DNA from: Octopus vulgaris | Taxonomy: Eukaryota | Length of the DNA stretch: 64,000 nt | Reading direction: 5' to 3' | Assembly (NCBI GenBank): GCA_951406725.2 | Contig: OX597815.1 | Coordinates: forward strand, 62,620,001-62,684,000 | Part shown: piece by piece, positions 14,330-26,955 of the stretch | How positions within the stretch are numbered: the stretch's first letter is position 1 | How the letters are laid out: the number at the start of each line of letters is the position of its first letter | Program-made: the position numbers and the translations under genes | The notes under the pieces: generated by a model | Told to the model about the DNA's origin: nothing | Databases searched by the model: none | Seen by the model: the letters and a program-made list of their open reading frames with translations, nothing else

Positions 14330-14720
14330 ACGATGATGAATAAGGGGAAAGGCAAATGTTTGGAGGTGGCACGAGATCAGCCAGTTCCGAGGAGCATAGA
14401 CCGCAGTAGTAGTGATAAAGAATGCAGAAAGTGGAGCCAGCAGGTCTGTTGGCCAGAGTCTGAAGTGTCTTGACGAGTGGAGTAAAATTTAACATCTCGA
14501 TGGCTTGTACATTTAAGGTTATATTAGAACATAGCTTTGACGATACAGTAAAACAGTTTTAACACTGCAGTAGGTCGTATTTTTAACTTAAATGTAGTTT
14601 GTAATTTTGATATAACGGGAGATCGTAGATTTAAGGTTCAGGTTGATTGCTTGGATAACTTTAGCTATATGTCAAGGTTAAGTAGAGAGCGAGAGGTCCC
14701 AGCCACCTTCCTCAGTATAT
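14330..14720 (-). mobile_element. CR1/Jockey-like LINE 3' fragment
   Basis: LQTLANR..FCILYHYYCGLCSSELADLVPPP, the typical post-RT C-terminal motif of CR1/Jockey-group LINEs. Confidence 0.7.
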
Positions 14721-15016
14721 GTTGCTATTGTCTGTTGGTAATTTTGTGTCTTTGTTACGAACAGTTTTACAACTGGGTGCTGAAACCCAGCTGCCGACTA
14801 GATTTATTGTGAACTTACCTATCATCTATACTGTAGCAGCTTATTGACCACCTTTCACGGCTACCAGCACTTATTTACTACCCACACTGCAACAACTATT
14901 ATCTTCACTACAGCAACTGCCATCCACACTACATGACTTATCGACCACCTTCACCATACCACCACACAGTGACGCGACACTAAGCAACACGTTTTCATTA
15001 ATGTTATTCACTAATT

Positions 15017-15215
15017 TAAGGCGGTGAGCTGCCAGAATCGTTAGCACGCCGGGAAAAATAACGCTAAGCATCATACCTATCTTTACGTTCTGAGTTCAAA
15101 TTCCGTCGAGGTCAACTTAGCATTTCCTAAAATAATTTCCAGTTGAGCACGGGGTCGATGTAATCGACTTACGTCCTCCCACAAAATTGCTGGCTTTGTG
15201 CCAAAGTTTGAAACA
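15017..15215 (+). mobile_element. SINE family B
   Basis: AAGGCGGTGAGCTGCCAGAATCGTTAGCACGCCGG..GAGTTCAAATTCC..TTGTGCCAAAGTTTGAAAC. Confidence 0.9.
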
Positions 15216-15484
15216 AATAGTATTCACCAATTTTACAAACTTTGTAGTTGCAAAGTTTTTTCATTGTATGGGGATGATCCTGATTGAAAAGTAGAAGAAT
15301 AAAAGGCAACTAGATACCTAGATACAATTGTTTACGTTCTGTGTTCAAATCCTGCCGATTGCAACTATGCTGTCTATTTTTCTCTGCCTTCTATAAAATA
15401 TAAATATCTGAATTCACCAATTCTCTCCTGCCCGAAACATTTGTAAGGAGCCTGAGCTTATGTAAGAAAGCAATATATAATATT

Positions 15485-15700
15485 CCTTTCTGCTGTTGGC
15501 ACAAGGCCTGAAATTTAGGATAAGGGATTAAGTCAATTACATAGACTCCAGTGTTTCACTGGTACTTATTTAATCGACCCCGAAAGGATGAAAGGCAAAG
15601 TCGACCTCAGCGGAATTTGAACTAAGAACGTAGCGACAGACGAAATACCGCTGGGCATTTCGTCCAGCGCGCTAACGATTCTGCCAGCTCGCTGCCTTAA
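15485..15700 (-). mobile_element. SINE family B
   Basis: Well-preserved reverse copy ending GCTAACGATTCTGCCAGCTCGCTGCCTTA. Confidence 0.92.
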
Positions 15701-15717
15701 AGTAATATATAATAATG

Positions 15718-15935
15718 ATTTCTAATGTTGGCGCAAGGCCAGTAATTTTTCAAGGGAAAGGAAGGAAAGTCGATAACATCGACCTAGTACTAGACAGACA
15801 CTTTAATTTATCGGTCTCGAAAGGATAAAAGGCAAAATAGAAACGATGGGATTTGGGCTTAGAACATACAGAATCGAAAGGAATGCTGCTAAGCATTTTG
15901 TTCAGGCACTAAGGATTCTGCTTCCTCGCAGCCTT
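15718..15935 (-). mobile_element. SINE family B, diverged
   Basis: CGAAAGGATAAAAGGCAAA..GCTAAGCATTTTG..GATTCTGC..CGCAGCCTTA. Confidence 0.8.
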
Positions 15936-16179
15936 AATATATTAAGGGAATAATTTTTTCAAAGTTTGGTGAGTGACCCCTTGATGCACGATGACGATCT
16001 ATAATTGACCTTGGTGATTATTAATTAATGGACCCAGAGTGCTTGGGTTTGAACCGTAAATGTAGAGAAATATCACAAAACACCGTCATCTCAACTGATT
16101 CTGGCCAATTCACAGGCCCACGCGTGTAACAAGTTAAAGATTCTGCGTAAATGTAAGTGGCTATATGCATTCGTGTGTG

Positions 16180-16215
<36 letters not shown>

Positions 16216-16245
16216 TGTATGTATGTATGTATGTATGTATGTATG

Positions 16246-16277
<32 letters not shown>

Positions 16278-16289
16278 GGTATGCATGTA

Positions 16290-16770
16290 AAGGGCGGAAG
16301 AATTCAGTTGAAACAACGACCATCCAGATGGTGGGAGTGAAAGAGATTTCTTAAGAGAAAGAAAACTCTGATGTGACACTTGTAACTTAGTTTGCATCGA
16401 ATGGCGTAGACTAGTTCTTCTTTGGGGGCAAATACATAATTTGTTTGGAGAGAGGTGTTAATCCCGTGCAAGGCCTTTCTTCACTTTAAAATGATTCAGG
16501 CACAGGCATCACCTGACTTTTACCAATTCTATTAGTATCGCTATTAAGGGTTGCATTCTATGGGCCTGATGTAGTCGAAAAAGGCAAAACACTCAATGAA
16601 AATTTCCATGAAGGATTTATAAAGGAATGAATCAAGGTAATGCTCTCTTAACACCTGAATCAAGAGGTGACAGTCGTTGTCACGTCTGTGCAAAAGCGTG
16701 AAGGCCCCTAGTAGGACTGAAAAGTCACATCCGTATTGACTCATGTTTTGGAGATCAATCAAGCTGTGGC
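16290..16770 (+). mobile_element. RTE-like LINE 3' fragment
   Basis: CHVCAKA*RPLVGLKSHIRI at ~16678-16737, a decayed C2H2 finger like the C-terminus of the 55.5 kb RTE. Confidence 0.6.
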
Positions 16771-16939
16771 ATTACTCGAAATTGAGTTGCAATCATCATA
16801 AATAAGCGTATGTATGTATGTATGTATGTATGTATGTATGTATGTATGTATGTATGTATGTATGTATGTATGTATGTATGTGTGTGTGTGTGTGTGTATG
16901 TATCTATGAATGTATATATATTTGCTTGTATCTCCAGAT

Positions 16940-17250
16940 GTAAGCATAGTCTAGTGGTTAAGACTTTCGTTTCACAGATCATGAAACTCTTGATTCGATC
17001 CTACGTTGTCTTCTGCCATAGGTCAACTCCAAGCTTTGTCATAAAATTTTGGTGAAAGGAAACAGTATGGAAAGCTGTCAAATGAATTACACCTGTAATT
17101 TAAAAGGTTAGCTTTGTCACACCTGTGTGAGGGGTGGCTTACATTACAGGGGTCAAGCGTATGAGGAATACACAACCATTTAAAAGTTAACACAATGATG
17201 AGGGAGTTTACGTGAGTGAACACTTACTCATCGTTGAAACCGACGGAAAT
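16940..17250 (+). mobile_element. tRNA-headed SINE, diverged
   Basis: AGCATAGTCTAGTGGTTAAG (A box)...GATTCGATCCT (B-box-like), TTTGGTGAAAGGAAAC body. Confidence 0.55.
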
Positions 17251-17589
17251 CTATTTATTTATCCCTGTTGTACATGTGTGTATATGAGTGTGTGTGTGTC
17301 TTTACGGATATGTATCATTACATGAGTGTGAACTTGCATATATGTGCATATGTGTCTGTGTGTGTTTGTGCGTATGTTCTTGCGTGAGTTGTGCATATAT
17401 ATGTATATGTAACTTTATACGCCAGTGATTGAGTATCTGTATGTGTCTGTGTGTATGTGTATATAAGTATGTCTATCTGTGTGGATGGATGTATGTGTGC
17501 AGTCGATAGAAAGAAATAAAGAAATAAACAGAGAAAGAGAGAGAACAAGTTAGACAAGAGAAAGACGTATTGATGTAACTATTGACGTC

Positions 17590-17855
17590 ATCGCCGCCAT
17601 TTTCCTTTATCGCCGTTAACAATCAGCAGCACCACCACCACCACTACCACCGCCACCACCATCATCATCATCATCACTGCCTTCATAAGAGAACACGATA
17701 ATAATCATCATCATCGACATTATCATCACCACTGAACAGCGAGACACGATTATAATCACTATTATCGTTGTTGTCATCATCATCATTATCATCATCACTG
17801 TCTTGACCAACATCGTCTTCATCATATCATGGAGATGATGATCATCCTCGTCGTT

Positions 17856-17893
<38 letters not shown>

Positions 17894-20800
17894 TGTAGTC
17901 ATCTTTATATTGTTATTGCCGCTAGCAGCGACGTGCTTGTTACGATAATCGCCAATCAGCAAGCATCAAACTCAGTGAACATCCTACCCGTCTACCCCAG
18001 CACCCGTTCTATCTCCAACATCCCAACACACCCAATATTTGCAACAACAACAAACAACACCCACACCGACACCGTCTCCACCACCGCCACCAGGAGCAGC
18101 AGCACCATCACCATCACCATCACCATCACCTCCACCCCCACCCCCAACACCACCACCACCACCACCACTACTACCGCTGCCGTTATCAACTCTATCATCT
18201 TATCGGCTGTATGAAATATCTACAAAAACACATCATCATCAACAGCAATGTCGACGCCGCCGCCGCCGCTGCCACCACCACTACCATAACTCTCACTACC
18301 ACCATTACAACAGCAACAACAACTATTAACACTGCCACCACCACCACCACCACGATAACAAAAGCTGCAATGATTCCACCACTCCCATTATGCCAGCACT
18401 GCACCTCCATTCCCTCAGACATCGCTACTGTCGCTCCACTATCGCCAGTACCGCAATCATGCCACCGCCACCACCACTGAAATAACAATAACTAAAATGA
18501 TATCACCCCCACCAGCACCACCACTCCATGGACACTGCTACTTAACACTTTCACCAATTATCATCACCATCATAATCATAATCATCATCATCATCATTAT
18601 CATCATCGTCGTCATCATCATCATCATCATCGTCGTCGTCGTCATCATCATAATCGTCATCGTCATCATTGTCGTCGTCGTCGTCATGATCATGATCATC
18701 ACCACCACCACCACTACCACCACCATAATCATCATCATCATCATCATCATCAACCTCACCGCCGCCGCCGCCGTCGCCATTGTCGTCGTCGTCGTCATCC
18801 TTACCTACGTGATCATCCTTCTGGATTTTGTAGCAGCCATCATCATCATCGTTGTTGTTATTATTAGTTACGGTCGTCGTCATTGCTATCGTTGCTTGTG
18901 TTACTATTGTTGTTGTTGTTGTATCTATATTATTGTTGTTATTCTTGTTCTTATTTTTGCTATAATTATTGTTGCTGTTGTTGTTGTTTTCTCTCGTTAT
19001 AGTTGTTGCTTTTCTTGTAATTTTCTATTGGTGCTGCCGCTGTTTATTCTGATGCAAGCTACTGCTGCTGTTGCTGCTGCTGCTGCAGGTTTTGTTGTTG
19101 TCGTCGTCGTTGTTGTTGTTGATGATGATGTTATAGTTATTATTGGGATGAATGTTATTATTGCTTTTCTTTTTTTCGTATGTTTTTTTTTTCACTTTTA
19201 TTTTTCTCTTTTATAACTGATCCTGCAGATATTGCAGTTGTTATTGTTGCTATGATATTTTCCCTTCACCATCGTTATTTTCAGTTATTGACTGTTTTCA
19301 ATAGTAGTAGTAGAATAATAATAAGAAGTAGTAGCAGGAGTAGTAATAGTATTATCATCATCACCACCATCATCAGTAGTAGTAATAGTAGTAGTAATAG
19401 TAGTAGTAATAGTAATAGAAGTAACAGTAGTAGTAGTAACAGCAGCAGCTACATCATCATCATCAGTGGTGGTGGTGGTGGTAGTAGTAGTAGTAGTTGT
19501 TGTAGCCGTGGTGGTGGCTGTTTTAGTAGCAGTAGTAGTAGAGTAGTAGTAGTAGTATCAGCAGCAGCAGTAGTAGTAGTTGTTGTAGTAGTAGTAATAA
19601 CAACAGCTACATCATCATCATCATCAGTGGTGGTGGTGGTGGTTGTAGTTGTTGTAGCCGTGGTGGTGGCTGTTTTAGTAGTAGTAGTAGTAGTAGTAGT
19701 AGTGCAGCAGCAGTAGTAGTTGTAATAGTAGTAGTAGTTGTAGTAGTAATAGTAGTAGTAGTAGCTGTTGTAGTAGCTGCTCTTATATTCTTAACGTTAT
19801 TTACAAGTTTTAACGTTGCTCTCGTTATTGTCGCTGCGTTCTTTTTTCCCCACTTGTTTCGGTTGTTTGTGATTAGATTTAGTTTCGACAAAAACAAAAA
19901 TAAAATTTCTCTTGTTGTCAATGTTGTTGTTATTGTGAATATCACTGTTGTTGTTGTTGTTGTTGTTGTTTTCATTGTTATGTGTGATTAGATTTCAACA
20001 ACTATTGTTGTTTTGTTGTTGTTTGCGTTTTCAATGTTGTTTGGTATAAACATTTATTTTCATTCTTGTTTTGTTTCGTTTTGCCTTGTTGTTGTTGGCA
20101 TTTTTATTGCTGCCGGTGCTGCTCCTGTCCTCATTAATATCATTGTTTCTTGCGCTGGTGTTGTTTTTATTGGTGTTGTTGTTGTTGTGGTTGTTTCGGC
20201 TAATGTTTTTCCCTTCATCATCCTCGTCATCATCCGTGTTGTTCATATGAATGTTACCGTTCCTGCCACCGTTACCGTATCGCTGTTGATTTTGTCTTTG
20301 TTGATGTTACTCTCGCAACGGTTGTCATTGTTGACATTACTGCTGCCGTTATTGCAGTTATTACTGTCGTTGTTGTTATTATTATCGTTGTTGATGTTGT
20401 TGTTACTATTGCTGTTGTTGACAATACTGCTGTCGCTAATACCGCAGTTATTGATGTTCTTGCTACGGTTGTCGTTGTTGACATTACTGCTGTCGTTATT
20501 AGTGTCGTTATTGTTGTTGCTGTTGTTGTTGTTGTTATCGTTTTTGTGGCTATGCTTGTCGTTCTTATTTTTCGCTCTTATGAATGCTATCGTTAACAAA
20601 TTATTATTGTTGTTATTGTTGTTGTTATCGTTGTTTTTGTGGTCTTGTTGTTGTTATTGTCATTCTTTTTTGTTATCATTATTGTTAGTGATACTGCTAT
20701 TTTCGCTATCGCCCTTGTCACAGTTGTTATCGTTGATGCTGTTGTTATTGTCGATCTTTTTATGGTTGTACGCCGTTGTTATTGTTGTTATCACTAGTCT

Positions 20801-20900
20801 TCTGATGACTTTATAGTTGTCGTTGTTGTTGCTGCTGCTGACATGGTTGCTGTTGTTGTTGTTGTCACTTTCCTTTCCCCGTTTATGTCACTGCCATTGT
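17590..20900. repeat. 3.3 kb cryptic trinucleotide simple-sequence domain
   Basis: Successive CAT/CAC/GTC/TAG/GTT-type degenerate repeats with local duplications. Confidence 0.92.
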
Positions 20901-20904
20901 TGCT

Positions 20905-21124
20905 ATTACTCTTTTTACTCTCTTTTATTTGTTTCAGTCATGTGACTGTGGCCATGCTGAAGCACCGCCTTTAGTCGAGCAAATCGACCCCAGGACTTAT
21001 TCTTTGTAAGCCTAGTACTTATTCTATCGATCTCTTTTGCCGAACCGCTAAGTTACGGGGACGAAAACACACCAGCATCGGTTGTCAAGCGATGTTGGTG
21101 GTGGGGACAAACACAGACACACAT

Positions 21125-21203
<79 letters not shown>

Positions 21204-21368
21204 CATATATACAACGGGATTCTTTCAGTTTCCGTCTACTAAATCCACTCATAAGGCTTTGTTCGAGCCGATGCTATAGTAGAAGACACTTGCCCAAGAT
21301 GCTGCGCAGTGGGACTGAACCCGGAACCATGTTGTTCGTAAGCAAGCTACTTACCACATAGCCACTCG
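20905..21368 (-). mobile_element. SINE family A, full length, internal (TA)n
   Basis: Reverse complement of 62863-63297 from tail (TTTTACTC) to head (CTTACCACATAGCCACTC). Confidence 0.93.
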
Positions 21369-21406
21369 TATGCCTATTGCTGCAGATTATATTATTGTTA
21401 TTGTGT

Positions 21407-21630
21407 AAGGCGGCGATCAGGGAAAATCGTTCGCGCGCCGGAGAAAATGCTTAGTATCATTTCGTCCGTTTTTACGTTTTGAGTTCAAATTCTGCTGAAG
21501 TCGACTTTACCTTTCATCCTTTCGGGGTTGATAAAATTAGTACTAGTTCAGTACTAGGGGGAGGGGGTCAATGTAATCGACTTACCCCTCCCTCCGAACT
21601 TGCTGGCCTTGTGCCAAAATTTGAAACCAA
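21407..21630 (+). mobile_element. SINE family B
   Basis: AAGGCGGCGA..GAGTTCAAATTC..CCTTTCATCCTTTCGGGGTTGATAAA..GGCCTTGTGCCAAAATTTGAAAC. Confidence 0.9.
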
Positions 21631-21715
21631 TGTTTTTGTTATTGTAGCTTCTGCAGTTTGAAGTTGGTAAAGCGGTAGAAACGGTGACACAGCCAAGCTA
21701 AGTAAAAGGGTAGAG

Positions 21716-22032
21716 ACTTTCTTCAGTCGTGAATGTTCATGGGATTGCACCTAGAAAGTTCCCCTCCGAGGCACAAGGCCGGGCAAGGTTGTTTATGGAA
21801 GACCGACAGTCGCCCATGCATACAACCACCCTGCCCTCTCCACGGCACCGATGTCATCCAAGAGAAAGGCAAAGGCCGATACAGTTTGGCACCAGTGACG
21901 TCGCAACTCATTTCTACAGCTGAGTGAACTTGAGCCACGCGAAATAAAGTGTCTTGCTCAAGAACACAACACACAGCATGGTCCGGGAATCGAACTCACT
22001 ACCTTACGATTGTAAGCCCGACGCTCTAACTA
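21716..22032 (-). mobile_element. tRNA-derived SINE family C
   Basis: Minus: GAAGGCGCATGGCTCTGTAGTTAGAGCG..GAGTTCGATTCCCGG..GTGTTCTTGAGCAAGACACTT..CACTCAGCTGTAGAAATGAG. Confidence 0.88.
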
Positions 22033-22689
22033 CAGAGCCATGCGCCTTCACATAGTCGAGGTATGTACCTTCATTATTTACCTCCCACCTTTAACTATCT
22101 AAGTTCAAATCCTGCCCAGTTTCAATCTATTCATTCGCCAATCTAGATTTGCTAAACTGAAAAATCTATCAAATCCCGAGCTTCTAACAAACAACCTGTT
22201 TACAAATTTCATCACAGATATGTTTATTCTTGAACCATCTTATTGTTGTCGCTATCTCTATTGTTGTTGTTCTTATTATTAGTCTTATCTTTCTTTATAT
22301 TTCTTTTTCTGGCTTTCTTTTTAGTTTAGTTTCTTTGTTTTATAGGATTCCCTCTTTACTCCAAAATGGATTTTTCTCATTCATTTCGCAGTCGGAGTAT
22401 TTTCTATGGAAAATATTTCAGCTCTGCACAGGAACACAACGAAATCTTTGAGACCAACTCTCTCATGTTCCTGCTGTCATAGCAACAATGGACGACGAAC
22501 AGAATCTCCTCTGATAGTCATGAGACGAACTAAGGATTGGCTTTCTCGATGTTTTCGTCTGTTTTCTCTCTGTTATATTAATGGTAGATCCCCAGGCCGT
22601 GGAATAACACAACAAATAAACAGACCAGGTAGCTGCTGCTGATGTTGCTGTAATGATTGTGGTTTTTGTTGTTGTTACTCTATAAATTA

Positions 22690-22920
22690 CAGTAGTAGTA
22701 GAAGTAGTAGTGGTGGTGGTGATGGTGGTGGTGGTGGTGGCGGCGATAGTGGTGATGGTGGTGGTGGCGGTGGTAGTGGCGGTAGTGGTGATGGTGGTGG
22801 TGGAGTGATGCTGGTAGCAGCGGCAGTGGTGCTGGTGATGGTAGTGATGGTGGTGGTGATGGTGGTAGTGATGATGGTAGTAGTAGCAGTGGTAATAGTA
22901 ATTGCAGCTGTAGAAGTAGT
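22690..22920. repeat. (GGT/AGT)n degenerate microsatellite
   Basis: Direct run. Confidence 0.9.
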
Positions 22921-22924
22921 TTTT

Positions 22925-23125
22925 TGCTGTTGTTGTTATCTAACCTAGCTTGAGCAGATCTCTAATCAAAGACATTCTACTCATGACTAATCCGTTTATT
23001 TGTTTACATCCGTCCTGGGTTGCATTGTGCAATATGTCCTTCCAATTTTGATGACGACGAAATGTCATTTAAAGGAAATTTGGCTACTATTTCTAACAGG
23101 TCAAGAGACATCATACAGGTTCCCT
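22925..23125 (-). mobile_element. SINE-like family D
   Basis: GAGCAGATCTC..ATCAAAGACATTC..ATTTGGCTACTATTTCTAACAGGTC shared with 32725 and 41015. Confidence 0.65.
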
Positions 23126-23458
23126 TAAAGTATTGTTGTTGTTGACTCTGGGGCACCTAGTCCATTCACAAATGTATAGGCTGTAGCGCAGAATGTGGGT
23201 TCAGAAATGCATCCAAGATTCATGACCCCTAAGAGCGTAAGGGGTTGAGGGCTGAAACACTTGTATAAAAGAGCGGTGGATTCTTCTCTGAAGACCTTCT
23301 GCGGTTCAGCTCTCCCTAAACTTTCTCATTACCTCCTTATCATTGTTAGTGTTTAGACGCTGAAGTAGCAGAAAAGCTGGAGAAGTAATACATGACATTC
23401 ATAGCATAAGTATACTTTAGCGCCCTTGCTTTCTCAGTTCAAATATTTTCAGAATATA

Positions 23459-23599
23459 TAAGGTTGTCCCAAAAGTTCGTAGAAAGTCTTGGAAAATAAT
23501 GGTCTTTATTTTGAGGAATAATTTTTGTTGTTTTTGTTAGTACTTGGCGAGTAAAAATTCAATTTTCGCAAGTGTTTACGAACTTTTGGGACAACCTAA
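23459..23599. mobile_element. Mariner-type MITE, 141 bp
   Basis: TIRs TAAGGTTGTCCCAAAAGTTCGTA / TACGAACTTTTGGGACAACCTAA, TA on both sides. Confidence 0.9.
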
Positions 23600-23946
23600 T
23601 ATTTAGCTTTTCGTTCCACATCCGATTCATATACTGCCGCCATTACAATCACTATTCCATCATTTAATTGAAAGTTAGCCTTCCTACAAATCTAGGAAAA
23701 AAAAATTCACTTTTATTTTCCTTTGTTTTTTGTATAAATATTACCGTAGTTGTTGCTGTTGTTGTGTAGATGTAAGCCAGCACTGATCAAGAAGACTTAT
23801 GATATGTCGGTAGTTAGTAAAGAGACCTGAGGATGATTCGCGTTTCCATCGATAATGCCATGTTTCCGTCTACATTTGACGACCAGACTGCTTACCTCAA
23901 CATGCATATTTTATGATGTTATGATACAGTGTGGTGGGGATCTGAG

Positions 23947-24031
<85 letters not shown>

Positions 24032-24051
24032 TCACACTTATATATATATAT

Positions 24052-24249
24052 GTGACCTCGTGAAGACCACTTGCATTTTTTCCCCTCTGTTCTCCCACCT
24101 CGGGATCTTTCTTTCCCCTATGTTTCCGACGAAGAGCTCCGCTCGAAACGTCGTACCCTCCTTCTTCCCTTCTTTCCTGAGCGTCCAATAATACTTTATT
24201 TGTTCCACATCCACGCGTTGTTGTCTTTTTGTTTTCTTGTTTGGATTAA

Positions 24250-24252
<3 letters not shown>
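24052..24252 (+). mobile_element. Penelope-like pLTR module between (TA)n tracts
   Basis: Contains hammerhead-like motif at 24126-24152 and pyrimidine-rich tail; similar layout to 24545-24722. Confidence 0.65.
24120..24156 (+). ncRNA. Minimal type-I hammerhead ribozyme motif (U4C variant)
   Basis: CCGACGA-A-GAGC-TCC-GCTC-GAAA-CG-TC. Confidence 0.6.
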
Positions 24253-24315
<63 letters not shown>

Positions 24316-24544
24316 TATACACATACATATACATCTACATATTCCTACATATATCCACATTTTCACACCTACACATCAAGCACACATCAAGCACACATCA
24401 AGATCACCAGCCCTCTTCCACATGCACAAAAAACTCTCTTATACAAACACAAGCGCATCTTCATTTTGGGATCACCACAACTTTATTATCTCCCCTTCTC
24501 CCTAGCTCTCCTGTATAACCCTTCTGTCCGGCATTCGCCATGAT

Positions 24545-24722
24545 AGATCGCTAGCCACTACACATTATTTTCTCTCCTTGTTTCTTTCTGTTTTCCTTTC
24601 TATGGAAGAGCGTACGCTCGAAACGTTAAAGACTTTTTCACTTACCGAGCGTTATACTAATATATCTGTTTGTTGTCTACACTACCTGTCTTCGTCTTTT
24701 GTTTTTTTGTAAATTCTCCCTA
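24545..24722 (+). mobile_element. Penelope-like pLTR module with hammerhead-like motif
   Basis: CTTT-CTATGGA-A-GAGC-GTAC-GCTC-GAAA-CGTT-AAAG; reverse homologue at 48870-49056. Confidence 0.7.
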
Positions 24723-24779
24723 TATATATATATAACATACATAACCAATAAATTTTCACAAAAACCTCTACATACTCGG

Positions 24780-25125
24780 TTTCACGGAAAAAGAGTAATA
24801 GAAACTGACACGGATTTTCAAAATCCAAACAATTAGCGGCACGGTGAAGATTTGTGTGATATTCCAAAATACTTATGAGAATAGATTCAAACGCTTGGCT
24901 GTATGCATGAACAGTTCAACCAACACACCAACTCAACCACATATTTGCAAACACTGGGAACTCTCAACTCAAAACGCCTTGCCACTTTGTTAGCGACCGG
25001 CTTGAACTCTCTCAAGAACTTAAATACATACATGCTTATAGTATCCTTCTTGATCATACTGCTATATTTGTGTCAATACGTCCGGGAAATTCCTAATGAG
25101 GAAGCATAAAATCCAAAGTGTTCTA
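24780..25125 (+). mobile_element. Possible Penelope-like 3' remnant
   Basis: LQTLGTLNSKRL resembles the PLE C-terminal LGTLxPxGLN; followed by decayed hammerhead-like CTAATGA-GGA..TCC-AAAG at 25093-25118. Confidence 0.35.
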
Positions 25126-26764
25126 ACCTCGACCACTCCATCTTTAGAAATGTATTTTACTTCATTATCTAATGTATTCTTCCTTTCTATTATACGGTGG
25201 TCTGTGTGATGTGCTGTTTCTAGTAGATCGAACGATCAGATAGAGACTCTGTCTTTGAACTGTCTTGCTTGTTTATTTCTGTGGTGTTGGCCACACAGAG
25301 AGGGATCAGCTGGAATTGGTCTGAATGTAACAGTTGGATTTCCTCTTCATGTATCTCTGCTAGTGACCATCTTCAGATGATGTCTGAATAAAGCTTTTGA
25401 TATTTCTGTGTTTGACTGGACTGGGGTGGTGGGTGGTGGGTGGGATTATGAAGAGATGGCATTGTTTGGGTGGGGATTGTGACTGTGTGTATGTGTGTGG
25501 ATGGTGTAGATTGGATAATATTGGTGATGTGTCTGAGAGCGAATATAGGGGTAGGTATTTCTACAGTGCTCGAGAGAGTGTTTACTGTAGATTACCATAG
25601 CAACTAGCAGCAACTCCTCACATCCCCAAATGTCTGTGCATTTTAAGTGAGAAGACTGGCACTAACATAATTAATACAATTAATCGAGAATTTTAATTAA
25701 TTAAAAATACACCTGTGGTGAAAAGAACGAATCAACATGTGTATGGTCTCGATAGTCAACGGTGACACAATTAAAATTCATTAAAAATAGAATGTAAACA
25801 TGCAGTGGAGTGGGGGTGGGGTGATGTGTCGTGGAGATTTTACGCCGCCTTCACTTTGAGCATTTTGGATTATCTTGAAGTAGATGTGTCTCTTCGGGGC
25901 AGTCCGTGGGTGTGGCTCTTCGATGAACCTGTAAATGTAACCTGTGGCTGCTGCCGTTGCGTGTTGTGAGGTCTGACATTCCCGTGAATCAGTCCTGGGG
26001 CCACAGCTTCATGCTTTGCAATGGTGTATAGGCGTTAAGTATGAGACACAAATGGCTCTTTCAGTGCAATACTGTATTGCGTACATCGAGTTTTTATTGA
26101 ACCCGGCGGCTTTCCGCGGGATCAGTGAACCTATCATTCACTGCTTCCAATATTTATATCGGAGGGGAGAGATTTCGTCCTAGCGGGAACACGTTATTGA
26201 CAAGTTCCAAGAAGGCGGGAACGCGTCTGTCGCTTCGTGAGCTTCTGCTGGGATGATGTTCCACTCCCTCCGATATATGTAGTGTTTTTACTCTTGTCAC
26301 TGAAAAGATTGCATCTCATACAAAAACCGCAACATTATGCCTTTCAAAGATGTATATATGTTAGGTATAGTACACAGATGGCTAATTGGAGATCTTAGAT
26401 ATTTTTGCTATTGTACTTCACATCGAATTGCTAGCCTGAGTAAACAAACTGTTCTATGTTGTTAATAACGATTTGTAAACAGGAGTACAGTTGGTGATTT
26501 TAGGATGCTACATGTTGAGATTTAGTTGGGACTTAAGGCCTTTAATTTGGGTTCTTCTTCTATAGATTTTTTGATACTTTGGTTTGATTTCTGCTTTCTC
26601 TGTATTGTTGGTGTCTGATTCTGAAAAATGTTTTGAAACTGATGTGAGTTTGCTCGCTGTTGCATCGTGGATTTGTTACTTGAAGGTGTTATTAGTGATA
26701 TATATAATGCATTCGTAATATCGATGATGATGTCTAGTTTATACAATCTTTTTTTCTCTGCTTG

Positions 26765-26955
26765 AAGGTGACGAGCAGGCAGAATCCTTATCGTTTAATA
26801 CAGAAACGCTTAGGAGCATTTCGTCCGTTTTTACGTTCAAAGCTGAAATTCTGCAAAGCATGACTTTTCGTTTTATTCCTTCGAGCGTGGGGTCGTTGGA
26901 ATCAACTATCCTGCTGTCTTAAAAAATTCCAGGTCTTGCGCCTATTGTAGAAGGG
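26765..26955 (+). mobile_element. SINE family B, diverged
   Basis: AAGGTGACGAGCAGGCAGAATC..CATTTCGTCCGTTTTTACGTTC..GGTCTTGCGCCTATTGTAGAA. Confidence 0.75.

Noticed and set aside
18497-20816. Long hydrophobic ORFs (239 and 267 aa) resembling membrane proteins
   Set aside because: Stop-free simple repeats
21960-22032. tRNA gene
   Set aside because: A/B boxes run into a SINE body; no complete cloverleaf or terminator. The same applies to the other SINE heads
23145-23430. Solo LTR (TATAAAA at ~23264)
   Set aside because: No clear TG..CA ends or TSD
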